NCBI GenBank assembly: GCA_963926245.1
Contig: CAWUWI010000006.1
Span: forward strand, 44,261-108,260
Reading direction: 5' to 3'
DNA from: an uncultured Burkholderiaceae bacterium
GTDB lineage: Bacteria > Pseudomonadota > Gammaproteobacteria > Burkholderiales > Burkholderiaceae_B
DNA length: 64,000 bases
Below the pieces are notes generated by a model. It had not been told where the DNA came from. It ran no database searches and worked only from the letters and a program-made list of their open reading frames with translations. The position numbers were made by a program, and so were the translations under genes. Of this stretch, positions 8,515-19,284 are shown one piece after another (the first letter of the stretch is position 1; each line of letters starts with the position of its first letter).

Positions 8515-9738
8515 TCAAGACTGCCGACCGAGCTTGGCGCCAATGCGCATGCGCAAGGCATTGAGCTTGATGAAGCCAGCTGCGTCGGCCTGGTTATAGG
8601 CACCGCCATCGTCGTCGAAGGTTGCGATAGTCTGGTCAAATAAGCTGTCTGCCGAGTCACGTGCAACCGTGTACACGTTGCCTTTGTAAAGCTTTAACCG
8701 AGCCCAGCCATTAACATGCGTTTGAGTCTGATCAATCAGGGCTTGCAGCGCGTGGCGCTCAGGCGACCACCAGTAGCCGTTGTAAATCAAAGCGGCGTAG
8801 CGGGGCATGAGGTCGTCTTTCAGGTGAGCCACTTCACGGTCAAGTGTGATGGATTCAATCGCGCGGTGCGCTTTCAATAAAATAGTGCCGCCAGGCGTCT
8901 CATAGCAGCCGCGAGACTTCATGCCAACGTAGCGGTTTTCAACCAGATCCAAGCGGCCAATGCCGTGTTTTCCGCCGAGTTGGTTCAATCGTTCGAGCAT
9001 GGTGGCGGGGCTGAGTACTTGGCCGTTCAGGGCCACTGGGTCACCATTTTTAAACTCGATATCGATGAATTCAGGGTCGTCTGGTGCGGCCTCTGGCGAC
9101 ACGGTCCAACGCCACATGGATTCTTCAGCTTGTGCCTTGGGATCTTCTAAGTGACGCCCCTCAAAGCTGATGTGCAGAAGGTTGGCATCCATCGAATAGG
9201 GCGCGCCACCTTGCTTATGCTTCATGTCCACGGGAATGCCAGCGGCATCGGCGTAAGCAAGCAGCTTTTGGCGAGAGAGCAAATCCCACTCACGCCATGG
9301 AGAAATCACCTTAATGCCAGGCTCAAGGGCGTAGTAGCCTAGCTCAAATCGTACTTGGTCATTGCCTTTGCCGGTGGCACCATGCGAGACGGTATTTGCC
9401 CCTACCTGGCGAGCAATTTCAATCTGGCGTTTCGCGATCAACGGCCGGGCGATCGAGGTACCCAAAAGGTATTCGCCTTCGTAGACCGTGTTGCAGCGAA
9501 ACATCGGAAAAACAAAGTCGCGAACAAACTCTTCGCGTAAATCGTCAATAAAGATGTTTTCAGGGCGGATGCCCAGCTGAATGGCTTTTGCACGAGCGGG
9601 CTCGACTTCTTCGCCTTGACCGATATCGGCTGTGAAGGTGACGACCTCGCACTGATAGGTGTCTTGTAGCCACTTCAAAATGACAGAGGTGTCTAAGCCG
9701 CCAGAATAGGCGAGTACCACTTTATTATCGTTACTCAT
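8515..9738 (-). CDS. argG: argininosuccinate synthase
   Basis: 407 aa. N-terminal [12 protein letters not shown]-PPase motif and full-length family resemblance. Confidence 0.95.
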   Translation of the reverse strand: MSNDNKVVLAYSGGLDTSVILKWLQDTYQCEVVTFTADIGQGEEVEPARAKAIQLGIRPENIFIDDLREEFVRDFVFPMFRCNTVYEGEYLLGTSIARPLIAKRQIEIARQVGANTVSHGATGKGNDQVRFELGYYALEPGIKVISPWREWDLLSRQKLLAYADAAGIPVDMKHKQGGAPYSMDANLLHISFEGRHLEDPKAQAEESMWRWTVSPEAAPDDPEFIDIEFKNGDPVALNGQVLSPATMLERLNQLGGKHGIGRLDLVENRYVGMKSRGCYETPGGTILLKAHRAIESITLDREVAHLKDDLMPRYAALIYNGYWWSPERHALQALIDQTQTHVNGWARLKLYKGNVYTVARDSADSLFDQTIATFDDDGGAYNQADAAGFIKLNALRMRIGAKLGRQS

Positions 9739-9827
9739 GGATGACCTTCAAATTTGAAATATTCATAAATATTGTCTTTCAAGCAAAAGACTTGATCGAG
9801 AGTTGAAGAGATTTTAGCGCCTGCGGT

Positions 9828-10781
9828 TTAAACCTTGCCAAGCAAGAGAAATTCCATCAGCGCCTTTTGAGCGTGAAGTCGGTTTTCAGCTTCTTCCCAA
9901 ACCACACTTTGTGGGCCATCAATCACCTCAGCGCTCACTTCTTCGCCACGGTGCGCTGGCAAGCAGTGCATGAAAAGGGCGTCAGGGCTGGCGCAAGCCA
10001 TCATGCGTTGATCAACACACCAATTTTGGAAGGCCTGTTTTCTGACCTCGTTTTCTGCTTCATAGCCCATGCTGGTCCAGACGTCAGTCGTGACCAAGTG
10101 GGCACCCTCGCAGGCCGCGACCGGGTCATCAAACGAGCGGTAAATCCCCGCAGGGATGCCTTGCAACCGATCTGGGTCGAGCTGATAGCCTTTGGGCGCG
10201 CTGAAATGCAGGGTGAAACCGAGCAGTTGGGCAGCCTGAATCCAGGTGTAAGCCATGTTGTTGGCATCACCAATCCAGGTGACGACCTTGCCCAGAATTG
10301 ATTGCCGATGTTCTAGAAAGGTAAACACATCGGCCAGGATTTGGCAGGGGTGGTACTCATTGGTCAAGCCGTTGATCACGGGAACGCGAGAGTATTTTGA
10401 AAAGGCCTCAATACGGGTCTGCTCAAAGGTGCGAATCATGATGAGGTCAACCATTCGCGAGACCACGCGAGCCGTGTCTTCAATTGGCTCAGAGCGCCCA
10501 AGTTGAGAGTCAGTGGTGGTGAGATGAATGACCGCACCACCCATTTGGTACATGCCCGCTTCAAACGATACTCGGGTGCGCGTACTGGCCTTTTCAAAAA
10601 CCATCGCAAGGGTCATGTCGTCAAGCGGGCGGTATGGCTCGTAGCGTTTGAACTTATCTTTGATCACGCGCGCGCGTTTGAGCACGTATTCGAGTTCATC
10701 GCGGCTAAGATCGGCCAGTTGTAAAAAATGACGGATCGGTTTGCTGGTGGTCAACGGCGTGTCGCTTTGCTGCAAAATCAT
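9828..10781 (-). CDS. argF: ornithine carbamoyltransferase
   Basis: 317 aa. STRTR carbamoyl-phosphate motif (FEKASTRTRVSFE), DxxxSMG and HCLPAHRGEEV. Confidence 0.95.
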   Translation of the reverse strand: MILQQSDTPLTTSKPIRHFLQLADLSRDELEYVLKRARVIKDKFKRYEPYRPLDDMTLAMVFEKASTRTRVSFEAGMYQMGGAVIHLTTTDSQLGRSEPIEDTARVVSRMVDLIMIRTFEQTRIEAFSKYSRVPVINGLTNEYHPCQILADVFTFLEHRQSILGKVVTWIGDANNMAYTWIQAAQLLGFTLHFSAPKGYQLDPDRLQGIPAGIYRSFDDPVAACEGAHLVTTDVWTSMGYEAENEVRKQAFQNWCVDQRMMACASPDALFMHCLPAHRGEEVSAEVIDGPQSVVWEEAENRLHAQKALMEFLLLGKV

Positions 10782-10790
10782 GCATTTTTC

Positions 10791-11972
10791 CTATGGTTGT
10801 TGACTCAAAAAGGATTGAATCAACGGAATCAGGATATCCAAGAGCATATCGGCTTCTTGCGTCGTCAAAATAAGCGGTGGTAGAAGGCGAACCACTCTGT
10901 CACGCGTGACATTTATCAAAAGACCGTTACCCATGGCTTTAGTCACGAGCTCACCGCAGGGGCGGTCAAGTTCAATGCCAATCATCAAGCCTTGCCCGCG
11001 AATTTCTTTTACGCCAGCAAGAGACCCTAGCTCAGTGTCTAATCGTGCTTTCATGGCCTCACCCACCTTGTGAGCGTGCCCAAGCAGGCCATCGCTTTCG
11101 AGCGTATCAAGAACGGCCAAAGCAGCAGCACAGACCAACGGCCCGCCACCAAATGTGGTGCCGTGGTGGCCAGGCTTCAATATGCCTGCAGCTCGGCCAC
11201 GTAAGGCCACAGCGCCAATGGGTACGCCACCACCCAAGCCCTTGGCCAAGGTCATGACATCTGGCAATACATCAGCCCATTGATGCGCTAGCCACTTGCC
11301 GGTCCTGCCAATGCCAGACTGGACTTCATCAATAATCAGCAACCACTGGCGCTCATCACAAAGTTTGCGCAAGTCTTGGATGTAACTGATGTCCGATGGT
11401 CGGACACCACCTTCGCCCTGCAATACTTCTATCATGATAGCTACCACATCAGGGCAGTCGTTGGCTGCATTTTTAACCGCATCAAGGTTGTTGTACGTGA
11501 CTTGAATAAAGCCTGCCGGCAATGGGCCAAACCCTTCTTTGGCTTTTTCGCTGCCAGTGGCCGCTAGTGTGCCAATCGTACGTCCGTGCCAAGAAGAATC
11601 CATGGTGATGATGGTTGGGACTTTGATGCCTTTCAGGTGACCATAAAGCCTGGCGACTTTGATTGCGCCTTCGTTCGCCTCGGCGCCACTATTGGCAAAA
11701 AATACCTCTGTTAAACCAGAGATTGCGGTGATGCGTTGCGCCAATGCTTCTTGAAGCGGCACTTGATATATGTTGGAGGTGTGTATGACTCGGGCAGCCT
11801 GATCACTGATCGCTTTAACGAGTGCAGGATGGGCGTGACCAAGGCAAGAAACACCGATGCCAGATAAACCGTCTAGGTATCGTTTGTTGCTTTCATCCCA
11901 CAGCCAAACGCCTTGGCCATGTGTAAAGGCGATAGGCAAACGACCGTAGATTGGTGAGAGGGCAGAGCTCAT
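10791..11972 (-). CDS. argD: acetylornithine aminotransferase (class III PLP aminotransferase)
   Basis: The ORF track extends to 12059, but the ATG at 11972 (MSSALSPIYGRLPIAF..G.G.WLWD) matches the family N-terminus. IIDEVQSGIGRTGK and TLAKGLGGG motifs are present. Only 9 nt separate it from argF. Confidence 0.85.
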   Translation of the reverse strand: MSSALSPIYGRLPIAFTHGQGVWLWDESNKRYLDGLSGIGVSCLGHAHPALVKAISDQAARVIHTSNIYQVPLQEALAQRITAISGLTEVFFANSGAEANEGAIKVARLYGHLKGIKVPTIITMDSSWHGRTIGTLAATGSEKAKEGFGPLPAGFIQVTYNNLDAVKNAANDCPDVVAIMIEVLQGEGGVRPSDISYIQDLRKLCDERQWLLIIDEVQSGIGRTGKWLAHQWADVLPDVMTLAKGLGGGVPIGAVALRGRAAGILKPGHHGTTFGGGPLVCAAALAVLDTLESDGLLGHAHKVGEAMKARLDTELGSLAGVKEIRGQGLMIGIELDRPCGELVTKAMGNGLLINVTRDRVVRLLPPLILTTQEADMLLDILIPLIQSFLSQQP

Positions 11973-12097
11973 GATGGGTGGGTTCCAAGCAGTCAGGGGT
12001 GTCAACAAAAGCGCAATCCTCAATAATATACAATCCGAGCATCGATCGTGCGAATCCACGGGCGTGTCGCGATTAGATTTGCGTTAGAGACCTCTTA

Positions 12098-12406
12098 ATG
12101 TGCAGTTCTACAGTTTTTTTTGTCATATATGGTGAAACCCTCGAGGGTCAGCGGTTCCGGCCGAGTGACTGGGCAGAGCGGTTGGCTGGCGTCTTGGCAC
12201 CCTATAGGCCTGTGGGCGCGCTTGGCGGACACCTGACCTACTCACCCTACGCCGTGCCACGCGTTATCAACGGCACCAAGGTGGTTGTTATCGATCATCG
12301 GTTACGCGACATTGAGCCGCTAGCGTGGAAGTTCGTACACGACTTCGCCAAAGAGAATCATCTCAAAACAGCAGAAGCTTTGACCGATGTCATCAAACCG
12401 ACTTAA
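12098..12406 (+). CDS. DUF3579-like small conserved protein
   Basis: 102 aa. FRPSDWAERL... pattern recalled from the betaproteobacterial DUF3579 family. Function unknown. Confidence 0.55.
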   Translation: MCSSTVFFVIYGETLEGQRFRPSDWAERLAGVLAPYRPVGALGGHLTYSPYAVPRVINGTKVVVIDHRLRDIEPLAWKFVHDFAKENHLKTAEALTDVIKPT

Positions 12407-12470
12407 ATAGGTGGCTTCAGTTGTCAGCCTAACTTACCGTTTTGAATTTAAGGGCAAGTCCTTGGCCCCT

Positions 12471-13436
12471 TTATGGCAATGTGTTTCGATTCACTGGTGT
12501 GATCAGTGGCTGTCCAGCAAAGTAGGCAGCTAAGTTTTGTTTAACCAAATCAAACATTGCTTTTCTGGTTTCCACAGTTGCACTTGCCTGGTGTGGCATC
12601 AGCACAGCATTTGGTAATTGCTTAAGCGCGTCTGGTACTTTTGGCTCATTTTCAAAAACATCAAGCCCGGCGCCACCGAGAGCGCCCGATTTGAGCATTT
12701 CGGTCATGGCGGTTTCGTCCACAACAGGGCCCCTGGCGATATTGACGAGAATGCCTTTGGCGCCAAGTGCTGTAAGCACCTCGCGATTGACCAATTGCCG
12801 AGTATCTGCGCCGCCCACTGTGGCCACAACAAGAAAATCGGACCATTTGGCCAATTCGACCAAAGTCGGCAGGTAGCTGTAGTCGACATCGGTGCGTTTG
12901 TTGCGGTTGTGATAACCAATCTGCATATCAAAACCCAGACCCCGCTTGGCAATGGCCAGGCCAATACGACCGAGGCCAACGATGCCCAAGCGCTTGCCAC
13001 TGACACGCCTGCCTAGGGGCAAAATACCATCTTTGTTTTCCCAGCGGTTTTCGCGAACAAAGCGATCGCCTGAGGCGATATGCCGAACCGTTGCAAGCAA
13101 AAGCCCCCAAGCTTCGTCTGCCACGCAGTCGTTGAGCACATCAGGGGTGTTTGAGACAAGAATGCCTCGTGCGTTGGCTGCTTCAATGTCAATTGTGTCG
13201 TAACCGACGCCCCAGCTGCAAATAAACTTAAGGTTGGGTAATTGCTCAATGATGTCACGATCACAGCCGTGCACGGCCGAGGTCACCACCACTTCTACAT
13301 CTGCGGCTTGCGCCAAGCAGGCGGCCCGGTCAGTGGCTTGCCAAAGCGCGGTGATCTCGTGGTTCTCTTGCAGCGAGATATCAGCGCCGGGCGATCCGCC
13401 CAATGAGCCGACTTGAAGAATGCTAGGCTTTTGCAT
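12471..13436 (-). CDS. D-isomer-specific 2-hydroxyacid dehydrogenase (glyoxylate/hydroxypyruvate reductase-like)
   Basis: 321 aa. NAD-binding GIVGLGRIGLAIAKR, plus the catalytic-region motifs NIARG..VDE and GAGLDVFE.EP. Confidence 0.85.
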   Translation of the reverse strand: MQKPSILQVGSLGGSPGADISLQENHEITALWQATDRAACLAQAADVEVVVTSAVHGCDRDIIEQLPNLKFICSWGVGYDTIDIEAANARGILVSNTPDVLNDCVADEAWGLLLATVRHIASGDRFVRENRWENKDGILPLGRRVSGKRLGIVGLGRIGLAIAKRGLGFDMQIGYHNRNKRTDVDYSYLPTLVELAKWSDFLVVATVGGADTRQLVNREVLTALGAKGILVNIARGPVVDETAMTEMLKSGALGGAGLDVFENEPKVPDALKQLPNAVLMPHQASATVETRKAMFDLVKQNLAAYFAGQPLITPVNRNTLP

Positions 13437-13605
13437 GATGACCTTTTCGTTGTTTTTAAAATATTGTTGTTAAGACTTGCTTAACACGACAAGTCTTACT
13501 TTAGCGTAGTGACCGCATTTTGTGATCGAATAAAATTTGGTCTGGTTATTCACCATTGACAATTGCTGCTTGTGTCTAATGTTATCGCTTGCTTATTCGG
13601 TTTTG

Positions 13606-13670
13606 CAAGCAACGCTAACCCAACAAAAAAGCCCCATGAAGGAGCTTTTTTGTTGGGTTAGCGTTGCTTG
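13606..13670 (-). terminator. intrinsic (bidirectional-type) terminator downstream of rpsT
   Basis: Perfect 27-bp stem (CAAGCAACGCTAACCCAACAAAAAAGC / GCTTTTTTGTTGGGTTAGCGTTGCTTG) with an 11-nt loop. A6/T6 tracts sit inside the stem base, 36 nt beyond the rpsT stop. Confidence 0.65.
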
Positions 13671-13705
13671 ACGGGCACATAACGCGACAATACTGTTTGT
13701 GTAAC

Positions 13706-13975
13706 TTAGGCTAGTGTCAAAGCCTTAACAGCAGCAGATAGTCTACTCTTCTGGCGAGCAGCCTTATTTTTGTGGATGATTTTTTTGTCAGCCACGCTAT
13801 CAATGACGCTTGATGTTTTACGGAAAACTTCAGCAGCCAACTCTTTGTCACCGGCTGCGACAGCCGCGCGCACGCGCTTAATGGAGGTACGCAGCATTGA
13901 GCGCAGACTGGTGTTGTGCATGTTGCGCGCCACAGACTGGCGAGCGCGTTTGCGAGCTTGGGCAGTATTAGCCAT
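13706..13975 (-). CDS. rpsT: 30S ribosomal protein S20
   Basis: 89 aa. [14 protein letters not shown]... is the canonical S20 N-terminus, and the protein is highly basic. Confidence 0.95.
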   Translation of the reverse strand: MANTAQARKRARQSVARNMHNTSLRSMLRTSIKRVRAAVAAGDKELAAEVFRKTSSVIDSVADKKIIHKNKAARQKSRLSAAVKALTLA

Positions 13976-14081
13976 GTTTCTAAACGAGCCTTTGTTATGT
14001 TCGAACTAATTCAAGTAGTCTTTAAATATATCACAAATAGCCCGATTAAGTGGGTTTCTTGCCCAGATTTTCCGATCGACT

Positions 14082-15638
14082 CTATCGTTTACGCTGAAAA
14101 TCAGAAGGTCTGACGCCCAGAAGCCACAACGAGAGGCCGTAAGTGGCAAGACCACCGCCCAAAGTGGCACCCAACCAGAGCACTCTGAGCCAGCTACCCA
14201 TGATTTGCCCCGTCCAATCGACGCCCGATCCTACCAAGCTGATAACCCCCCCCATGGCGATTAACGCCACGACTTGACGCCAAAAGAAGAGTAACCAGCC
14301 GGGTTGTGCTTGGTAGACCCCGCGACGACGAAGGCCGATATAGAGCGCACCAGCGTTAATACTGGCGCCTAATGCAATCGCCAGCGCGAGGCCCGCGTGA
14401 TCAAGCATAGGTACCAACATAAGATTGAACAATTGGGTCAAGATGAGCACGACAATCGCAATCTTGACTGGTGTTTTGATATCTTGTTTGGCGTAAAAGC
14501 CGGGCGCCAGTATTTTGATCATCAATAGTCCGATCAAACCAACGGCATAGGCCATGACAGCCGTCTGAGTTTGGTGGACGTCGTTGGCAGAGAAAGCGCC
14601 ATATTGGAATAAGGTGGAGACCATGGCGTCTGCCAACAGTATCATTGCCAATGCCGCGGGCAGTCCCAGCAGCAACACCAAACGCAAACCCCAGTCCAGC
14701 AGTCGGCTGTATTCATCACTTGATTGACTCGCATGTGCCTTTGACAGGCTTGGCAAAAGAACCGTGCCCAATGCCACGCCTATTAAGGCCGTGGGGAATT
14801 CCATCAGTCGGTCTGCAAAGGACAACCAAGTGACACTACCTGGGGTTAGCCAAGTGGCAATGTTGGTGTTGATCAAAATGGAAATTTGCGCCACAGACAT
14901 GCCTAGCGTGGCTGGCACCATTTGCCGCATCACACGGCGTACGATCGGGTCTTTGTAGGTCTGAACGACATTGCCACCGAGTCGGGGTCTCAAGCCCAGT
15001 CGCGAAAGAGCTATCCACTGCATGGACAATTGGGCCACGCCTCCGACCATCACGCCGATCGCCAAGGCGTAGATGGGTTGCGCCAAGTGCTTTGACAGCA
15101 AAAGGCTGGCCGCAATGATGCTAAGGTTGAGCAATACCGGTGTGAAAGCAGGAATCGCGAACTTACGCCACGTGTTCAGTACACCAGAGGCGAAGGCAAC
15201 CAGCGACATGCACACGATGTAGGGAAACATCACCCGTGTCATCCAGACCGCCGCCGAAAACTCATCGGCCCGCGCCTCACCGCTCATGCCGCTGGCCATG
15301 GCAAGCACCACCAGTGGTGCGCCAACAATACCTAAGATCGTGATGAGAGAAAGGGCAATGAAAAGCGCCGATGCCACTCGGTCAATGGTTTGTCTGACCG
15401 TTGCGGTATCGGCGTGTGTTTCTTTGACTTCGCCCAAAATGGGAATAAACGCTTGAGAAAACGCGCCTTCGGCGAACAGTCGTCGTAATAAATTTGGGAT
15501 TCGAAAGGCGACCCAAAAGGCATCTGTCATTGCGCTGGCACCAAATGCCCGCGCAATGATGATGTCTCGGGCGAGTCCACTGATCCGAGAAAGCAGCGTA
15601 AAGAGGCTGACAGTCGCGGCTGAGCGCATTAAGCTCAT
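14082..15638 (-). CDS. murJ: lipid II flippase MurJ (MviN)
   Basis: 518 aa polytopic membrane protein. N-terminal SR..G..RD...A..FG....DAF..AFRIPN..RRLFAEGA.SQAF.P is the MurJ signature. Confidence 0.9.
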   Translation of the reverse strand: MSLMRSAATVSLFTLLSRISGLARDIIIARAFGASAMTDAFWVAFRIPNLLRRLFAEGAFSQAFIPILGEVKETHADTATVRQTIDRVASALFIALSLITILGIVGAPLVVLAMASGMSGEARADEFSAAVWMTRVMFPYIVCMSLVAFASGVLNTWRKFAIPAFTPVLLNLSIIAASLLLSKHLAQPIYALAIGVMVGGVAQLSMQWIALSRLGLRPRLGGNVVQTYKDPIVRRVMRQMVPATLGMSVAQISILINTNIATWLTPGSVTWLSFADRLMEFPTALIGVALGTVLLPSLSKAHASQSSDEYSRLLDWGLRLVLLLGLPAALAMILLADAMVSTLFQYGAFSANDVHQTQTAVMAYAVGLIGLLMIKILAPGFYAKQDIKTPVKIAIVVLILTQLFNLMLVPMLDHAGLALAIALGASINAGALYIGLRRRGVYQAQPGWLLFFWRQVVALIAMGGVISLVGSGVDWTGQIMGSWLRVLWLGATLGGGLATYGLSLWLLGVRPSDFQRKR

Positions 15639-16393
15639 TTGGGTGGCATACGTATCGCACCGTCTAAGCGAATGGTTTCACCATTAAGCATTTCGTTGGT
15701 AATGATTTGGTGAACCAATTTGGCATAGTCCTCGGGGCGACCCAAACGCGAAGGAAAGGGGATGCTTTGAGCCAGGGAGTCTTGCACGGCCTGAGGCATA
15801 CCAAACACCATCGGTGTGCCAAAAATACCAGGGGCAATCGTCATGCAACGGATACCCAAGGGGGCCAGGTCACGAGCGACGGGCAGCGTCATACCCACGG
15901 TGGCGGCTTTTGAAGCGGCATACGCTGCCTGACCAATTTGTCCGTCGAAGGCAGCAACCGATGCCGTATTGATTAAAACGCCACGCTCGCCTGTGTCCTC
16001 TGGGGCGTTGTGTTGCATGGCTTCAGCGCACAGACGAATCATGTTGAAGCTGCCAACAGTGTTGATCATCAACACTTTTTGAAACATGTCTAGCGGATGC
16101 GCGCCTTTTTTACCGACGGTTCTAGCCGCCGGTGCGATACCAGCACAGTTGATCAGACCATATAAGGGTCCCATGGCACAGGCAGTCGCCACCACCGATT
16201 GCGCATCAGCTTCTTGCGTGACATCGCAATGGACGTAGGTTTGATTGAGCAATTGCGCCAGGGCTTTTCCAGCGTCATCTTGCAAATCAGCCATCACCAC
16301 CCGTGCACCGTTGTCGGTCAACATTTTGGTGGTGCCCGCGCCCAAACCTGAGGCGGCGCCCGTAACGATAAATACCTTACCTGCAATCTGCAT
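15635..16393 (-). CDS. short-chain dehydrogenase/reductase, type-II 3-hydroxyacyl-CoA dehydrogenase (HSD10)-like
   Basis: TGAASGLG Rossmann motif and YAASKAA catalytic motif. The ATG at 16393 is preceded by GAGGAA, so it is preferred over the track's TTG at 16414. The stop overlaps the murJ ATG (ATGA). Confidence 0.85.
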   Translation of the reverse strand: MQIAGKVFIVTGAASGLGAGTTKMLTDNGARVVMADLQDDAGKALAQLLNQTYVHCDVTQEADAQSVVATACAMGPLYGLINCAGIAPAARTVGKKGAHPLDMFQKVLMINTVGSFNMIRLCAEAMQHNAPEDTGERGVLINTASVAAFDGQIGQAAYAASKAATVGMTLPVARDLAPLGIRCMTIAPGIFGTPMVFGMPQAVQDSLAQSIPFPSRLGRPEDYAKLVHQIITNEMLNGETIRLDGAIRMPPK

Positions 16394-16465
16394 GTTGTTT
16401 CGTTCCTCTTTCAAATGATCGGTAACGTCGATTGATGAACACTTCGATCAAACCCCGCAGGTCTA

Positions 16466-17143
<678 letters not shown>

Positions 17144-17210
17144 CTAAGCGTGGTTTTGATTATGCCGCATTGCATCGTGGTTACGTGGGTCATTTTTTGA
17201 CGCAAAATTT

Positions 17211-17951
17211 CTATTGAGTTTTTTGAAAAGTTTTTTGAACGTTTAAAAGGTCTTCTGGGGTATCGATGCCACCAGCAATGGATTTATTTGTGACGTTAAC
17301 GTGAATTTTGAAGCCATGTTCGAGTGCGCGCAACTGTTCCAGTGATTCGCATGCTTCTAGTAAGCCCTGTGTCAGTGATGGAAAGGCTTTTAAGAACCGA
17401 ACTCGATAAGCATAAATGCCAATGTGGTGAAGCGATTGGGCTTTTCCACGCCCATCCCTGTCGTGCGGGATGGGCGCTCGAGAAAAGTAAAGCGCATGGC
17501 CACGGGAGTCGCAAACAACCTTCACAACGTTGGGATTGTGCCGCAGCACTTCATCTGTCAAGGGACTAGCGCAAGTAGCGATGTCGGCTTGTGGGTCATC
17601 ATGCAGGGCTTGCGCGACCGCATCAATGAGGGCTGGGTCAATGAAGGGTTCATCGCCTTGAACGTTGACCACTATTTCATGCGACTGCAGTCCGAGTTGC
17701 GTCACGGCCTCAGCCAAGCGATCGGTACCAGTCGGATGGTCAACTGACGTCATGAGCACAGAAAAGCCGTGTTTTTTTACCGCCTCCGCGATTTGCGTTT
17801 GGTCGGTAGCTACCGTGACCGAGCATGCGCCCGAGCGCTCGGCTTGCTGAGCAACACGCACCACCATCGGCACGCCGCCGAGGTCGGCCATCATTTTGCC
17901 GGGCAAGCGGGTTGAAGCCCAGCGGGCTGGAATAATCACGTGAAATGGCAT
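17211..17951 (-). CDS. kdsB: 3-deoxy-manno-octulosonate cytidylyltransferase
   Basis: MPFHVIIPARWASTRLPGK aligns with the KdsB N-terminus. ATG at 17951; the track has GTG at 17960. Confidence 0.9.
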   Translation of the reverse strand: MPFHVIIPARWASTRLPGKMMADLGGVPMVVRVAQQAERSGACSVTVATDQTQIAEAVKKHGFSVLMTSVDHPTGTDRLAEAVTQLGLQSHEIVVNVQGDEPFIDPALIDAVAQALHDDPQADIATCASPLTDEVLRHNPNVVKVVCDSRGHALYFSRAPIPHDRDGRGKAQSLHHIGIYAYRVRFLKAFPSLTQGLLEACESLEQLRALEHGFKIHVNVTNKSIAGGIDTPEDLLNVQKTFQKTQ

Positions 17952-17971
17952 CCCTGTCACCGTCGGGGGCT

Positions 17972-18166
17972 TTAAATCACGCCCGGCGCGATGCCAGTCG
18001 TCTCATTGAGCGGCTGCGCTTTGGACTCTAGCATCAGTGGGATGCCGTCTTCGATCGGATAGATGAGTTTTTCAGCGCGGCAGATCAGTCCAGTTTTTTC
18101 GGCGTTGAACTGCAACCGCCCCTTACATACCGGGCATACCAATATATCGAGTAGTTTGTGATCCAT
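17972..18166 (-). CDS. Trm112/YcaR-family small zinc-ribbon-like protein (UPF0434)
   Basis: 64 aa. LLDILVCPVCKG.L.......L.C......YPI.DGIP.ML. Its position between lpxK and kdsB is typical for this family. Confidence 0.8.
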   Translation of the reverse strand: MDHKLLDILVCPVCKGRLQFNAEKTGLICRAEKLIYPIEDGIPLMLESKAQPLNETTGIAPGVI

Positions 18167-18175
18167 GGTCTTCAG

Positions 18176-19282
18176 TCAACGTTGATTAATTGATAACGGC
18201 TTTAAGCGCACACCGCTTTTGTCACGCAGTGTCTTTGTGAGCCAATCCGAGATTTTATCGTTAGACCATTTCACGCTTGCGCCAGCTACCCAGATCCTTG
18301 GGTCAAGGTCAGCGGGAAATTTCACCGCGTCTTTTTCCGTAATTAGTATAGTCTTAGCGTCAATAGACGCGAGCAGTGCTGCAGTCATGGGGGCGTGATC
18401 CGATAAGGCGACAGTCTGGTCGAGTCTAATGCCAAGTTTTTTAAGGCTTTGAAAAAAACGATCGGGTACGCCAATGCCGGCGATAGCTACTGTGCGAGCG
18501 GTGCTGGCATTGGTGGTCTTTAGGTTTTGAATCGTTGCGGCAATGGTCAGCTTTTGGCCAGAGGCAGGGCAATAGAAATATTCCAGAGCGACTTCGAAGC
18601 CAAACAACGGTGTGGTTCTGTTTGCTGATGTTTGGCCGCTCACCGTTGAATTGTTATCACTGGCGCGCCGCAAAATCGCATCCACGCTGTCGCGGGCTCG
18701 TCTGTCTTCACGCAGTGGTCCGCCAGGAAGGGTAGCGCCATTGCCCAAGCCACGGTCGTCTTCAACCAATAACTCAATCTCTCGGTCCAGTTGCTGATGC
18801 TGCAATCCGTCATCGCTGATGATGACGTTGACCTCAGGAAATCGGTTGAGCAACTGGCAACCCGCTAAAAAGCGGTTGGCATGCACACTCACGGGTATAC
18901 CTGTTCGTTTCGCAATCAAGGCAGGCTCATCGCCAAATGTTTGCCAGTCAAGCATTGTCCCTTGGGCAGTGGCAGGTGTTGTTTTACGCGCACTGCCGTA
19001 GCCGCGGCTGATCAAGCCGGGCTTGTAGCCTTGGGCGGTTAGTGTTTGAGCTAAGGCGATGGCGACTGGCGTTTTGCCGGTACCGCCGATGTACAAATTA
19101 CCCACCACAATGACGGGTACTGACAACTGGTTGCGTTGCCAGATTTGGCGGTCATAAAGCCACCGATTAAGTGCAACGGTTCTTGAATAGAGCCAAGACA
19201 TGGGTTGCATCAACCAATACCAAACCCCGCGAACTCGCCACTGTCTTGTAAGCCACGCGACGGCAGGCTCTGGCCATTGCAT
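18176..19282 (-). CDS. lpxK: tetraacyldisaccharide 4'-kinase
   Basis: 368 aa. P-loop VGN..IGGTGKTP. Confidence 0.9.
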   Translation of the reverse strand: MQWPEPAVAWLTRQWRVRGVWYWLMQPMSWLYSRTVALNRWLYDRQIWQRNQLSVPVIVVGNLYIGGTGKTPVAIALAQTLTAQGYKPGLISRGYGSARKTTPATAQGTMLDWQTFGDEPALIAKRTGIPVSVHANRFLAGCQLLNRFPEVNVIISDDGLQHQQLDREIELLVEDDRGLGNGATLPGGPLREDRRARDSVDAILRRASDNNSTVSGQTSANRTTPLFGFEVALEYFYCPASGQKLTIAATIQNLKTTNASTARTVAIAGIGVPDRFFQSLKKLGIRLDQTVALSDHAPMTAALLASIDAKTILITEKDAVKFPADLDPRIWVAGASVKWSNDKISDWLTKTLRDKSGVRLKPLSINQR

Positions 19283-19284
19283 GG

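Noticed and set aside
10791-12059. N-terminally extended ORF-track models (argD 12059, sodB 22086, csp 25009, ileS 33677, dapC 46541, lexA 53762, uvrB 55151, PTP 57378, iscU 59904, iscA 60352, fdx 63032)
   Set aside because: The extensions are non-homologous leader translations, and several overlap the upstream gene. Internal ATGs with SD sequences align with the conserved family N-termini, so the shorter models were used.
12113-12120. T8 homopolymer near the start of the DUF3579 gene as a slipped-strand switch
   Set aside because: It encodes Phe-Phe in a normal hydrophobic N-terminus. A single moderate-length run is not evidence for phase variation.
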